Below are positions 24,267 through 36,794 of a stretch of DNA of 64,000 nucleotides, in pieces. Source of the stretch: Hyphochytrium catenoides (taxonomy: Eukaryota > Protista > Hyphochytriomycota); the NCBI GenBank assembly GCA_900088475.1, contig FLMG01003251.1, positions 1-64,000 of the forward strand. Direction: 5' to 3'. The notes below the pieces were generated by a model, which did no database searches, was not told the origin of the DNA, and saw only the letters and a list, made by a program, of their open reading frames with translations. The translations under genes and the position numbers were made by a program. How positions within the stretch are numbered: position 1 is the stretch's first letter; every line of letters starts with the position of its first letter.

Positions 24267-26588
24267 ATGAAAGCAATTAAAATCAGGTCCGGTCGCCTCC
24301 TATCCGTATTGAGGATACTCTGTCTCCAGTGGAGTCTCTTACTGACCTTCTTTTGGTCCCCTCCTCTGTCTTGCTTTCATTCTCTTGGTCTCTCTCTCTC
24401 TCTCTCTCTTTTCTGGCCGCACGGGCTACTCAGGGTTCTTCTCGGCAATGATGAGGTGCTGCACTTTCTGTGCGAGAAGGGGACAACGGTAAGGCCTTAG
24501 CAGAGAGTTAGCGGGATGAAAGGAGACAGAGACACGAACAACCACACCAGGATCAACAGGCAGAAGCAGAGAGAGAGACAGAGAGAGAAGAGAGCCAGTG
24601 GAAGAGAGAGAAGGGGGAGGGGGCGGAGAAGGAGGTAGAGAAGGGAGGAACGAAGTCTAACTCCTGCTATTAATAGGGCGAAGATCTCATGGCGGCGATG
24701 CAGGAGAGAATCAGAAGGGACAACGGGCGCTGCGTTCTCTCTTTCTCGCATTTTATCCCTCGGTTAAAGAGAAGTATGGGAACAAGAAAGGCAACCCTGC
24801 CCTCCGCTATCTAGTGGCTAAGCTTCTCTCTCTATGCAGTTGTCCGCTCCAAGTCTTCTCTCTCTTTCTCTCTCTCTCTCTCTTTTGTCTCTCCGTCTCT
24901 CTCCCTCTTTCCCCTCTTCTTCTTCCTCTTCTTGCCACTGACCACCTTATCTTCCAGCCCTGAAGCCGAGGGAACTCATTAGCGAGTGCTTAGAGGAAGG
25001 AGATATCCTATGCGTGGATTCTCCTGAGTTGCCAGCAGCCCGTCATACGCTGTTTAGGGTCAAGAGGCAGAGATCATCCAGGTGTTCAGGAAGATTAGAT
25101 GGAGAAGTATGGGAAGGGCAAGAGAAAGAACAAGAGGAAGACAACCAGGAAGATGAACAAGAAGGTGGTGACTCTAACTCAGAAGCACCGAAGGTGAACC
25201 CTTACAGGGCCATTCTGCGGGAGCCACACTGCTGGTGCTGTGAGGACAGTAGGCAGCCCGGCTCTTCTGCCTTCTCTAGGAGTCACTCTTCTACAGAGGG
25301 AAAGAGCGACACTGTGGCCTACGGTGCTATTCAGCTGGTCGATTCTCTTTTCTCCTATCAGCAGGAGCTTCGACAGCTCTTCTTTCTCGCCAAGAAGCTG
25401 ACGAAGTCTCAAGGAACTTCTCCTGAAGAGTTCCTCTCGAGGATCAGCACCGCGGTAGAGAGCCTGCAGATCCCATTGGTTCCAATAGGAAGACCCCTAG
25501 GCGCCCCAGAGATACAGGGCCCGCTGTCCTGCGTGATAGACATCCAGAAAGGAAAGAAGAAGAAAGAGTATGGGAAGGTCTACGCAGCAGTATTTAAGGG
25601 CAAACTCATCCTCTTCAAAGATAAGAAGGATTGTGATCAGCATTTTAGGGATCTGAAGCGCGCTCTTCGACGGAAAGAGCGGCCAGAGCCACCGAAAGGT
25701 CTGCTTTCTTTGTCTCTCGAGGGTCTGCGGAGCGCCATAGAAAGTGGGAACGGACGTTGTCTTTGTCTCAATTTCTCTGATGGGGACGGCATGCCAAGAC
25801 TTGTGAAGCTACAGGCTGACGAAGTCGAAGCGTGCAGGAAGTGGGCCAGCTGCATTGCATATTCTGCGCAATCGAAGCTCCACGAAGCAAAGCAACTCGT
25901 TCGCGAAAGGCCTGACGATCTTCTTCGAGTTCTCTCCTCTCCCCTTGTCCTCCCCCTGTCGTGGGTCCGTGAACAGGCGGAGACCTCTGATACTCAAGCC
26001 AGACAAAGGCGTTCGCAGTCAATAACCATAGCACAAGCCATGAAAGACCTCCAGAGAGATTCGTTGAACATAAATGGATTGGAGTTTCATGGCGCCAGTG
26101 ATATGCAGAACATCCTGGCTGGGTTATGCTCTAGGCTGGTCAAGGCAGCAGCAGACTGCAGGTTTGAAGGTTTCAAGGAGAGCGATGCCTTGCGCTTTGC
26201 TGGCAGAGTGCTAATGAGTAGCTCTAGGACCTCCGGAGGAGGGGATATCCTCGATGCCATCTACACCATAGTACCAGACAGAGAGCTATTGATCTGCATG
26301 GAGCCAGACAAGACAGAGACAACGAGGATTATCATTGGCCATGATGAGAGCCAGCCCGTGGTGCAGATAGAGATCACAATGCACTTCAAGTTGGTGCAGC
26401 TGCAGCTAGCAGGACTGGAGGCAGAACCGACGATGGAGGAGGCCGTGGTGGGACGTCTGATGGGAAAATGCTCGCGGCAGTTGTCCTACAAGTTCAACCC
26501 GAGGACGGAGCCTCAAGGCTACATCGAGATCTCCTCTTCATCCTCGTCCTTCTCGTCCTCTCCCTTTCATGTTGCTTCCGCCAGCTAA
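24267..26588 (+). CDS. PH-domain protein with uncharacterised C-terminal domain (5' exons uncertain; main exon ~24966-26588)
   Basis: 524-codon ORF. PH signature EIQGPL...KVYAAVFKGKLILFKD...PKGLLSL...VKLQADEVEACRKWASCI. Small upstream exon VLLGNDEVLHFLCEKGTT followed by gtaag. Confidence 0.65.
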
Positions 26589-27146
26589 CTGAAGCTATCT
26601 GCTCTTCCCTTCTTGTCATCAACCGGATTGCATCACACATAGATGCTGCCCGCCTGTATATACAGCACATGCTCAGTACTGCCGACTGCCACTGAAGTCA
26701 TGTCAATCTCTAGCACTCTCTGTGGTACCGTCCTGCTTTGCCGGCTGAGCCTAGTGATAGAACCTTCAGCATCGAATCAACCGCATGGGCTACCAACAAA
26801 CAAACGCCAATGGTTAGTATTATGGCTTAGTCTACTGGGAGCTAGAGCAGACCGAGAGCGGAGCACAATAAAGTTTGCTTTGCAGTGTACAGAGGCCGTA
26901 AGACATCGCTCTAGTCTAGTCCAGGGAGCGTAAGATACTTATGAGAAGGAGACCCTGAAGGATATTAGAGAGCGCGGAATGGAAAACCATTGACTAATAA
27001 CACAGGGTTTTCTCCACTTCACATCGAGAGAGCAAGGTAGAATGTGAAAACTGGCAAACCCTGAGTGGGAATGTAACAAAGTCCCAAGAGAGAGGAGAGA
27101 AGGATTAGTAAGAGAGAAGAAAAGACTGTCAGGACGAAACGCTTGC

Positions 27147-27845
27147 TCAGATCTCCAGCCGGTCACAGAGCGTGACGAAGAGTGAGATGCCGCAGAACAC
27201 GTGCCACATAGTATGTGAGCGACAGAGCTGATGACGGTCCATCACAAAGCAGAGGCCAGCTATCACTAGAGCTCCCATCGCGAGCCAGAGTTCCCGGTGA
27301 ACTAAGACGTACATGGCTACCGGAGAGATGATCCCAAAGAGAAGGGGCGTAAGGATGTCAGCAAACTTGTATAGGCCAATATAAAGAGCTAGGATCATTC
27401 CCAGGACGCTGACGTGCAGGTTCCAGTCCTCCCAGTGCTCCCCAAACACGCTTGCCATCGTGTTTAGGACACAGAGGCAATACGTTGATAGTGCAAAGCC
27501 ACAATCGATGACAGAGAGCCCTTCCCAATTCATCGTGTGATAGATGGCGGATACCATCGCCGTGACTCCTGACATATAAATAGCGAGTTCTACCGTCGGG
27601 CTGAGCTCTGCGTGAGGGAAGAGAACCATCAGAAGTAGCGGCAAGGCTAGCGCTGGAGAGGATATTGTACACCAGAACTCTGCTATGCGCTCGTGATAGA
27701 GGTATTTCTCTTCGCAAGTGACAATAGCTGCAGGCCGACAGAAGTCTTCAACCACTGCCCTAACAAAGTATAGCGCTGACGCCACTTTCTTCTCCGCTCC
27801 ATAATGAGAGACCAGCTCAGCAAATTGATGGGACACTGAGTTCAT
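27147..27845 (-). CDS. Alkaline ceramidase-like (CREST superfamily) membrane hydrolase, intronless
   Basis: CEEKY...IAEFWCTISS, SAIYH, HTMWH zinc-binding His motifs and about 7 hydrophobic helices. Confidence 0.85.
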   Translation of the reverse strand: MNSVSHQFAELVSHYGAEKKVASALYFVRAVVEDFCRPAAIVTCEEKYLYHERIAEFWCTISSPALALPLLLMVLFPHAELSPTVELAIYMSGVTAMVSAIYHTMNWEGLSVIDCGFALSTYCLCVLNTMASVFGEHWEDWNLHVSVLGMILALYIGLYKFADILTPLLFGIISPVAMYVLVHRELWLAMGALVIAGLCFVMDRHQLCRSHTMWHVFCGISLFVTLCDRLEI

Positions 27846-28285
27846 GATTTCTTGTAGGTGATCAGAGCTATCCAGGTGGCGCTAGCAGGCTCTAGAGCTT
27901 GGCCGAATCGTGAGGTTTGGCGCCAACCCCAACTTAGGCGAAGAGTCCCACTCAGTTCTACCAGAGGCTGGTCTAAATAGCCTGCGATGGGCTCATCTAA
28001 AGAATGAGGTCTTCTCTTTCCAAGCCACCTAGGCGCTAGGGAAATTGCTATCGTTTTAGGTCCTTATACTAGCCAGGACCGCATCCAGAAGGTTTCCTGC
28101 TGCCCAGCACCCTGCCTCAAGCTTCCTTCGCACCCTGATATCAATGTCTGCAGAGCAGGAGCCCACGGATGTCCAGCGAAACTAGCGATGCCGCTGGAGC
28201 TTGGAAAGTGTGAGGACTGATGGCGAGCGAACGCGAGCAGGAAGCGAAGGGGAAAGAGAGAGACGGATGCAGGAGCAAGCCGGAG

Positions 28286-28303
28286 AGAGAGAGAGACAAA
28301 GAG

Positions 28304-28348
<45 letters not shown>
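28286..28348. repeat. (GA)n microsatellite
   Basis: Dinucleotide tract. Confidence 0.9.
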
Positions 28349-28351
<3 letters not shown>

Positions 28352-28979
28352 TTTATGAATCACATCATCAGCGCCAGGTGTGCTGTTGAGTGGCCAGGGG
28401 CATGATTTACGATGCGTATACCCATATCTATGATTTTGACTGTAATCGTTCATGTTATCCCAAACAAGCACGATTCATCAAGAGATTCGTCTCCAGTGTT
28501 TTCCACTGGTAAAAGTGAGGCCTCTGTTTCCCCCTCTCCACATTCTGTGTTTCTCTTCGAGTATTCAGCATAACAGCTGTCTGAACAGCCCTTATCATGG
28601 CTTTCGAGAGGAACTATCAAGAACCCATGGATCTGAGTTTTGGACGGATCAGTCGGGCAGAGCCGCTCCAGCCGCGAAACGGACAGCGACATCGCCATCG
28701 GCCCCACAGTCACGGACAGGCCGAGCCGGCACTTGTACGGTTGCGGATGATGGGCGAGAGTAGTCTGACAGGGGAGGGGCTCTTAGGGCCGAAGGTGTAA
28801 GTGGTTTAGCAGATAGCAGACATAGCTCTTGGATGTAGAAGCATGGCAGGCGCCAAGAATAGCAGCAGCAGCCACCACCAACCGGAAATGTCTAAAGATG
28901 GCGGCAGCCCAGCACACCATCACTGCCTTGCTTTTGCCATCGAAGGGCAGTTACCTATTGTTCAGTTATATTACTGAGC

Positions 28980-31900
28980 CTAGGACTGATATTTCGCATG
29001 GAGTTTGGCCTGCTTCTCTTGCTCCTTCTTCAATTTCTTCAGTTGAGCCTTGCTGATGGGCTCTCCCGAAGCGTCGTGGGTAGGCATGCCTTCGTCATCA
29101 AATTTTGAGTACTTGTCTGTCTGAAGGCGGAACATCTCTTGAGGAGAGACTTTGGCTTTCTCCGCTTCCTCGGCCGCTTTTCTTTCTTTCTCAAGCTCTC
29201 TTTCGCGCTTGAGTTGTTCTTTGCGGGCCTTTTCTTCTAGCTTCTGTTCCCTCTCTAGCATCAATACTTTGGGGTCCTCAAGCTTCCAAACACTGCCGCT
29301 ATCGCCCTTGTCCTCCAGCCGTACGCCAACCTTGATTAGCTCATCGTCTCGAACAGAATCGCATAGCTTTAGTAACGCAGATACATCCCCTATTCCAATG
29401 AATGACAAACGAGAAGATTAGCGCCTTAAGTCTTGCTATGTAAAGACCAGACCAGGAAAGACACTCTTACCTTCACGCGCTGCTGCACGGACGCCTTCCC
29501 TGAAGTTCGCCCAAATATCCAGCACTGGAGCCAAGATCTCTTCCTTACTTCCACTGTTGAACCGCAGAAGAGTGTAAGCAATATGGTCAGTGACAATTGA
29601 AGGGATGCTCAAGACAAAGAGCCGTTTCGTCAGTGACCCTAGACAGAATGGGGGAGAAAAGAAAAGGGCATGGAGACGCTCTACAAAGCAGGCGCAGCTA
29701 GCAAAAAGTGGATTCGAGCTGGCACTATAATCACCAGGACCACTACCTGCTGGCTCCCTCGCCTTCGTCTAAAGGAAAGCCAATGTCGATGCCCTTGGGA
29801 ACCATGCCAAAGCACTTGAACATCTCAGTCACATATTGGGCAATGGACCGAACGACAGAAGGCACCGTCACGCTCTCATTTGCCAAATAGCTGGAAAATG
29901 CAATGGCAATAATTAGCCCAATCGCTTAAAACCTATTGCCGATTGTCCATTTGGTGTCAGCCATACCGGTTGCACTTCCTTACGAGCTCCAGAAGCTCAG
30001 CAATCGCTGTAGGGGTGTCAAAGTCATCGCACAGTGCGTCGCGGACTTTCTGTTTGGCCTCGGCAAGTTCTCTGACAAGCTCCAGATCCACAGCTCGCAT
30101 TTTTTCCGGCGCGTCAGTGGGTAAGTCTCGCAGTCTGTAAACAATGACTCAGCGTTAGCACTCTCCGTCATAACATGAGGGGCCATGGGCACGCCAGCAG
30201 AAGCCGAGTAAGAGGCTGAGGACCAATGAAGATAGTTATCGAAGACGTGAGCTCAAGGACGAGGTGGAAGATACTGGGGAAGTCCCACAAAGTCACTACT
30301 CTTCAGAACAAAGAAGAGCTCCGCACTGACATTGCTTTGACGTTAGAGAAGAACTCCGAGAAGAGTCTAAGGGTGCTTATCGCGCGGTCCATAGTGTTCT
30401 GGCTATAGTCCATAGGGGCGCTGTATTTGTGAAGAAGAAAAAGAAATCGGATCTGCCTGGCGGTATTGAGCTCGAGAGCCTCTTTGATTGTCAGGAAATT
30501 CTTCAGCGACTTGCTCATCTTCAGTCCCTCAATATTCAAATGCCCAGTGTGCAAGAAGTAGTTGACCCATTGAGGAAAGTTGTAGTGTGCCTGGGAAAGC
30601 GATGGAACAGAGAAATCGTTGGTTGTCTAAGAATTATGTGTGGTGGATCGGAGAGGTGAGTGATACATGTCGCCTCGGATTACGAAGAGAAAGACAGAGA
30701 GAGAGAGAGATATGGATAGAAAAGATTGAGTATTAGGCAGTTCACGGGTCTCGACTTCTCTTGGGCAATGGTGAGGTGGACGAAAGAGTTGCCATACAGA
30801 AGTCACACGCAGAGTGGGGGCCCACGAGAACTACAAGCTGCTTCGATACTATGGCCATGAAGAAGACAGATATTTGCAGGAAGAAGGAGTTGTAAGCCAA
30901 GAAAGCTCCAATGAGCCTCTCCTTCTGGCATGTAGCTGAGGAGCAGCTGGAGCCAACCGAGAAGGATAATCCACGTAGGCCTAGGAGTTTCGCAAGTGTC
31001 TCCTGCTTACCTCTGTCTGAGCTATTTCGTTATCATGGTGGGGGAAGCGCAGGTCAATGCCTCCGGTATGGATGTCTATCTTTCCACTCTCAAACTGTTG
31101 CAGAGCGGCACTGGTAGCAGCAGAATGTAAAGTGAAGAGATCAGAAAAGTCACCGAGAGACAGAAGGAGAGTAAGTCTTCTCACGTTTGAGAGGTCCTAT
31201 GCCACGACTGCCCATACCTTGCCATCACTGAGCACTCAATGTGCCAACCAGGGCGTCCTGGGCCCCATGGAGATTCCCAGTAGGGCTCCCCAGGCTTCGA
31301 GGCCTTCCATACGGCGAAGTCACTTGGGTTTCTCTTGTCAGCCTAGACAAGGAATGAACACATAATATTCGTAAAGACTGTACCAATGCATATTGTCTGT
31401 CTCATAACTCACCTGCCCTGCACTGGCAGCAAGACTTCCCTCTCCCTCTGCTAGCAGCTCAGCGGAGCCTACATTCTCTGGAACTAGCTTCCCATAAGGG
31501 TGACCTGCCTTCTGGAACTGGCCGACGTCAAAGTACACCGACCCATTGCTCTCATATGCATAGCCATTGTCTATGATCTTCTGTACGTATTCGCAAACCT
31601 CGGGTACATATTCGCTCACCTGTTAATGAAGCAACAAGGCGTGAGAACATGCAGGAAGGACCAGAAAGGTAAGAGTTGCATCACCAACGAAGTAGAGGCA
31701 CCTCATGAAAGAGGGAAAACTTATGGATAGATGAAACCCTTATTGAGACTTAGAAGACATGCATAATAATAGGAGAAGGGAATCTCTCCGCATAGGGGAG
31801 TGCGCACCCTGGTCAGAATATCTGGCTTGCTGATACCCAGACGCTTCATGTCCTCAAAATAGTCGTTCTCAAAAAAGCTCGATAGAGCCAGCGTCCTCGC

Positions 31901-32879
31901 CATGTTCTCCTCCACCGGCTGTTTGTGGGCCCAGTCCATCACAACTGGCAGGGAGATGGAGTTTGATTGAGATTCCGGCCGTGTAGCCTCACGAGCTGGA
32001 AATCTATGGAGCTTACCCTTTTGTGAATCCGCCTTATTCTTAGGGAGCTCCTGTCCTGGATGTGCTTTTGTCCATCCATTCTCCATGGAACGAATGATAA
32101 TCTTATCATCGATGTCGGTGATGTTCATGCAGAGGATGACATCGTAACGGAAGTAGTCTTCCAAAAGCCTCCGCATCACATCAAACCACAGATACGTCCT
32201 GAAGGATGAGAACACTGTGAGTAAGGCTAACAGGTCAGGCCCACCGTAACCTAATTCAGGCCACAACAGTTGAAAGGAGATAAAGGCGGTCCTCTTGCAG
32301 ACTACAGGTGCACTAACCTAGCATGGCCCAGATGAGACTTGTCATAGACTGTGGGCCCGCACATATACCATAGCACTCGCTTTCCGTTCATAGGAATAAA
32401 CGGGACCTTGCAAACCACGATAAGCGCAACATCCCTCATTGCCATTTTGACCTTGAAGGACGGAGGCTCACCTTTGTTCGTGTTAAGCTATTGTAGACGC
32501 GCAGGGGATAGTATGCACTCCAGAAGTCTATGAGGGAGGGGATTCTTGGCGGCGGATACCATGTTGGTTGTTTCCGAACCTGTTTTGCCAGGGGATCCGG
32601 CTTTTGATTGTCGGCAGACTTGACCTCTGTCTCGGACTTTTTTGCAGCGCCGGAGTATTCTTGGCCGGTTTCTGCTTTGTACTAAGAAGAGCGAGCATAA
32701 GGCTTCTGAAGCAAGGAACGCCCAACCGTTGTCTGGCTTACCTTGGCCTTCAAGTCTAGCAATTGTGAGATCAGCGGCTGCAACGCCTCCTTGCTGACTT
32801 TTTGTGCCTTTTTAGCCTTTATTTCCTCGCCAAGCGAATAGATGCTCTGCCAGAGCTCATCTGCTGCGGACGTCGCCAT
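28980..32879 (-). CDS. CARS1: Cytosolic cysteinyl-tRNA synthetase with N-terminal WHEP domain, multi-exon
   Basis: [68 protein letters not shown], and eukaryotic C-terminal [26 protein letters not shown]. Confidence 0.97.
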
Positions 32880-33693
32880 CTTCCTAATTTACCACCCTAA
32901 GACGGCGTGCAAACCTGAAGGCGCAAGAATTTGCCGTACCCAGTGTTGATCGCGAGTAGACTACGCAGCCTCTCCGCCTCGCTCTCCAAAGACGAAATGA
33001 TCGTCCTTGTCTGCAATGGGTCGAGAGCGGTGATGGCAGACCCAGAGACTCAATAACCTCTGTCCATCAAACGCAATGGCAGTGCTCTGTGTCTCTTTTT
33101 CTGTCTCTGTCTTCTCCCTTTGAAGCCCTGAGCCACTGGCACTTTCCTTCTGGCTTTGGCCTCTCTATAAATCTCTAGGACGCCCAATCCTTGGGAGTGA
33201 GTGAGTGCGGATCTGAGATACAGTTCAGCCAGCGAGTGGAGTTGATTATCAGCTACTGATTCACAATCTTCAGATTCATTAGGGAGGTCCTGCATTATTC
33301 GCTGCTTCACATCGAGCTTGGAACGGTTTTATTTAAGTCAGGTTACGTTAATCAGTCTAGAGTAGGCAATGTACTTTACTAATGGGCTGAAAGTGCTTCT
33401 TGGCCTCAGCTTGTCGCAAATGGGAACTGCGGTCAAGTCTCAAACACATCCATGGCGGATGATGGCGCTGTGGTTAGACGAAGCTCAACAAGGAAGGAGA
33501 CGGCAGCCTCCACAGCTCACCGCCCACGGTTCACAAGCTCCCATACCCAGAGGTTGCTTGCATGGCTCTAGCGCATTAGCAGTTAACTGAAGACATGACG
33601 GGTGTAGCGCCGTAGTGTGGCGCCGTTGTTTATCTAGGATCCCTTAACCACTTCGAGTTGGTGGACCGGACGCTGGACGTGGACGGAAGTAAG

Positions 33694-35562
33694 ATGGCCG
33701 ATGGTGCAAACCCAGCACCGCCAGCAGCAGGTGACGCGAATAATGCAAATGGAGGAGGAGGCCTCTCGTGGACTTTTATTGCACGTGCATTATTGCTATG
33801 GTGGGGCTTTGGACAGCTAGGAAGACTCCTTCAGAAACCGGCCCCACCCTCAGACGTCACCGACAACACGCCAGGAACTGGGCTAACTCCCTCTTCTAAG
33901 AGTCCTCACCATTCAACCACCTCTTCTGCATGGGTGACAGAATATGGGTTACCAGCCTTCAGTGCTGACGGAAACCGCCTGCCAGATCTGGCTAACATAT
34001 TTCAGAACAATCAGAGCATGACGCTGCGCGTGTACTATAGCAAGGATGAAAGGGACTTCTCAAGCTTTGATGGTGGGCAGAACCCCATCTGGGAGGTGAA
34101 AGGTCTTCAGTATGCTTCCGAAGATCCACCAAGAAGCTCAAGCTTCAACATTACGCCTGATGAAGATCTCCTAGGTAACGGAACAGCCTATTTGCATATC
34201 GTCTTGACAGCGGGGGAACCGTCGTCCAACCCTACAGCATCAGCGTCGCCACATCTACCTACGATCCATAAAGTGGCACCACTGGTGACCTTTATACCTC
34301 CTGCAGAGAAGAAAAAAGGTCGCAAGCTCTTAGAATCAGGTTCTGATTACTCTAACCTGGGCGCAGGTGAGGGGCCTGAGGGCTCTGACTCCGATGGTGC
34401 TGGTGAAGGGTGGATCCCGCATTGGAAGCCTGAAGTAACCCTCACCCTTCTGCATGACTTTGAGCGCCTTTCTCGGACCATGCCTCCTCCTCCTCATATG
34501 CTTGAGTTCGTAGACCTTGATCCACAGAGGCAGGGTTACCTCCCGAAGCTGTGGGTCAACGATTTCTGGGTACTAAAGAAGGATTACATCCAGATCAATG
34601 ACACCCAAGAAAGGCTGCCTCTTACAATTCACTTCGCTGTCACTGGTCGGCTAAAGTTTGAACTCCTAACATCCTGGCAGTTCCACATCAAGCAGCAGGC
34701 CGCACTGGGCCTTCAGAAGGAGAAGGACTTCGATGAGATCAAGCGAATGGTCCTTGAGACCAACCCCTGGCTACTGGGCACAACGTTTATTGTCACTATC
34801 CTGCACTCTGTGTTTGATATGTTGGCCTTTAAAAATGACATCTCTTTCTGGAGGAAGAACAAAAGCATGGAAGGTCTCTCCCTACGTTCGCTCTTGATGA
34901 CCTGCGTCTTCCAGACCGTGATCTTTCTCTATCTCCTAGACAACGACACGTCGTACATGGTGCTTATAAGCAATGGTATTGGCCTTCTTATTGAGTACTG
35001 GAAGCTTACCAAGGCTGTCAACGTCTCTGTAGACAGAACGGGTAGGCTCATCCCCAAGCTGCGTTTCACTGCTAAGGCATCCTATAAAGGGACCAGAACG
35101 GAAGAGTATGACCGCATCGCCACAGTCCATCTCTCTTATGCGATGTACCCAGCAATGGTTGGGTATGCACTATACTCGTTAGCGCATATGTCTCACAAGG
35201 GCTGGTATTCATGGATAATCTCCAGTTTGGTTGGCTTCATCTACCTCTTTGGCTTCATCATGATGACCCCGCAGCTCTATCTTAACTATAGGCTTAAGTC
35301 GGTGGCTCATTTACCTTGGCGAGCGATGGTTTACAAATCTTTGAACACCTTCATTGATGATCTCTTTGCCTTCATTATCACCATGCCCTGGATGCACCGC
35401 CTCAGCTGCCTGAGGGATGACTTGATTTTCTTCATCTTCCTCTATCAAAAGTGGATATATCCGGTTGACAAGAGCAGAATCAACGAGTTCGGAGTGACAG
35501 GAGAGGAATATGAGGAGCACGTGGAGAAGAAAACTAAGAAGGAAAAGCCCAAGACTAGCTGA
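33694..35562 (+). CDS. CLPTM1: CLPTM1 family multi-pass membrane protein (putative lipid scramblase), intronless
   Basis: ETNPWLL...LHSVFDMLAFKNDISFW, EGLS.RS, FGFIMMTPQLYLNYRLKSVAHLPW, YKSLNTFIDDLFAF, YQKWIYPVDKSRINEFG. Confidence 0.95.
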   Translation: MADGANPAPPAAGDANNANGGGGLSWTFIARALLLWWGFGQLGRLLQKPAPPSDVTDNTPGTGLTPSSKSPHHSTTSSAWVTEYGLPAFSADGNRLPDLANIFQNNQSMTLRVYYSKDERDFSSFDGGQNPIWEVKGLQYASEDPPRSSSFNITPDEDLLGNGTAYLHIVLTAGEPSSNPTASASPHLPTIHKVAPLVTFIPPAEKKKGRKLLESGSDYSNLGAGEGPEGSDSDGAGEGWIPHWKPEVTLTLLHDFERLSRTMPPPPHMLEFVDLDPQRQGYLPKLWVNDFWVLKKDYIQINDTQERLPLTIHFAVTGRLKFELLTSWQFHIKQQAALGLQKEKDFDEIKRMVLETNPWLLGTTFIVTILHSVFDMLAFKNDISFWRKNKSMEGLSLRSLLMTCVFQTVIFLYLLDNDTSYMVLISNGIGLLIEYWKLTKAVNVSVDRTGRLIPKLRFTAKASYKGTRTEEYDRIATVHLSYAMYPAMVGYALYSLAHMSHKGWYSWIISSLVGFIYLFGFIMMTPQLYLNYRLKSVAHLPWRAMVYKSLNTFIDDLFAFIITMPWMHRLSCLRDDLIFFIFLYQKWIYPVDKSRINEFGVTGEEYEEHVEKKTKKEKPKTS

Positions 35563-35736
35563 AGCTTACTGGAAGCCTTCAATAAGGGAAGAAGCGCCGC
35601 CTAAGGACATGACTTTGATCCCGTCCCTCTTTACCAAGGAACTTTATGAGTGGGCTTCTCCTTCTTTGGGAGATGACCTCTAATTGCTTTGAACAGCCGG
35701 AATAGCGAGAGATTGCATCGTGACTGGGACATAATG

Positions 35737-36794
35737 TCATCGTCCTGGTGCTTGCTCTATTAGATAGTGTATGTGCCGATGCAGCCTACGAAGCCTTTCC
35801 AATATATCTACCTTGTCAGCCAAAGGGACTTGTGCGTGTGCCAGATTGTCACTTAAGATCTCAGCTGTGTCCTTAAGAGACCGTAGCGTCAGCAGAACCT
35901 CACCGCCCGCTAGCAACCGTTTCTCAATGCGAGTCGCCGCGGCGGCCACTTCCTTCTCAAAGGAACACAGCCGCGCTTCCACTGATTTGACGGAGTCTCT
36001 ACCGTCGAACTCGGCGTGCTGGCGTTCAGTAAATAACAACATGATCTTCGCGCCACTCTTCACACCTGCACCTGTGAGCTCTTCCTCATCTTTCCTAGAT
36101 TTGCCCTTGAAGATTAAGTTCTGTCCTGAAGTCTTTATGCCAACAAATTTCTCAATTTTAGACTTGACGTCCCCAAAGGTAGAGCTGTCCAGAGATGACA
36201 AGTGGAGGGTGAAGCTAGATCTGCCGTGGATGATGCAGACATGGTCACCATCTCCTTCGCCCGCTTCTAGTGCTAGCGCTGCCGCTGCACTCAGATCAAC
36301 TGCAGAGCAAGAAGAAGGTAAGTTTTAGAAGCCAATGGCGAGGTACAGCGATCGGATGCAAACTACCGCGACTAGGGGTGGGTCCTGAAGTAGGTGCCTG
36401 TGCTACGACAGAGCCTGCCGGTTCTGGAGGTGAAGGAGCACCAGACTCTGCTCTCTGTTGTTCTTGGCCCGTCTTCGCATGATAAGTAGCGTTGAAAAGT
36501 AGCATTACCTTATCTCCATCACGGGTGAGCCCTAGCGATCGCAATGACTGATTATCCTGCCACCAGAAAGCGGAAGACGGACAGGCAAGCAAAGTGACAC
36601 TGAGGCAAAAAACTCCGCGAAGGCTGCGAAAGGTGCCGTACCTTTGCCTCCTTTCCTTTCACTATCAACCTCTGATGAGCTGCTTCGACCTGCAGCCTCT
36701 GTTGAATTGCACCCTTCAGCTCTCCAAAGGTCATCTCCGCACTATTCACAGCAATCTCAGCTTTCTCCTTGCCACGCACAATCACAAGCTTCAT
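35737..36794 (-). CDS. Tandem ubiquitin-like domain protein (BAG1-type UBLs) with helical C-terminus
   Basis: UBL1 TFGELK...QRLIVKGKEAKDNQSLRSLG...KVMLL; UBL2 TFGDVK...QNLIFKGKSRKDEEEL..AGVKSGAKIMLL; two introns inferred. Confidence 0.75.

Noticed and set aside
28450-28925. Possible small secreted protein on the minus strand
   Set aside because: It starts about 55 bp after the CysRS stop (likely 3'UTR), has a weak splice donor and no motif support.
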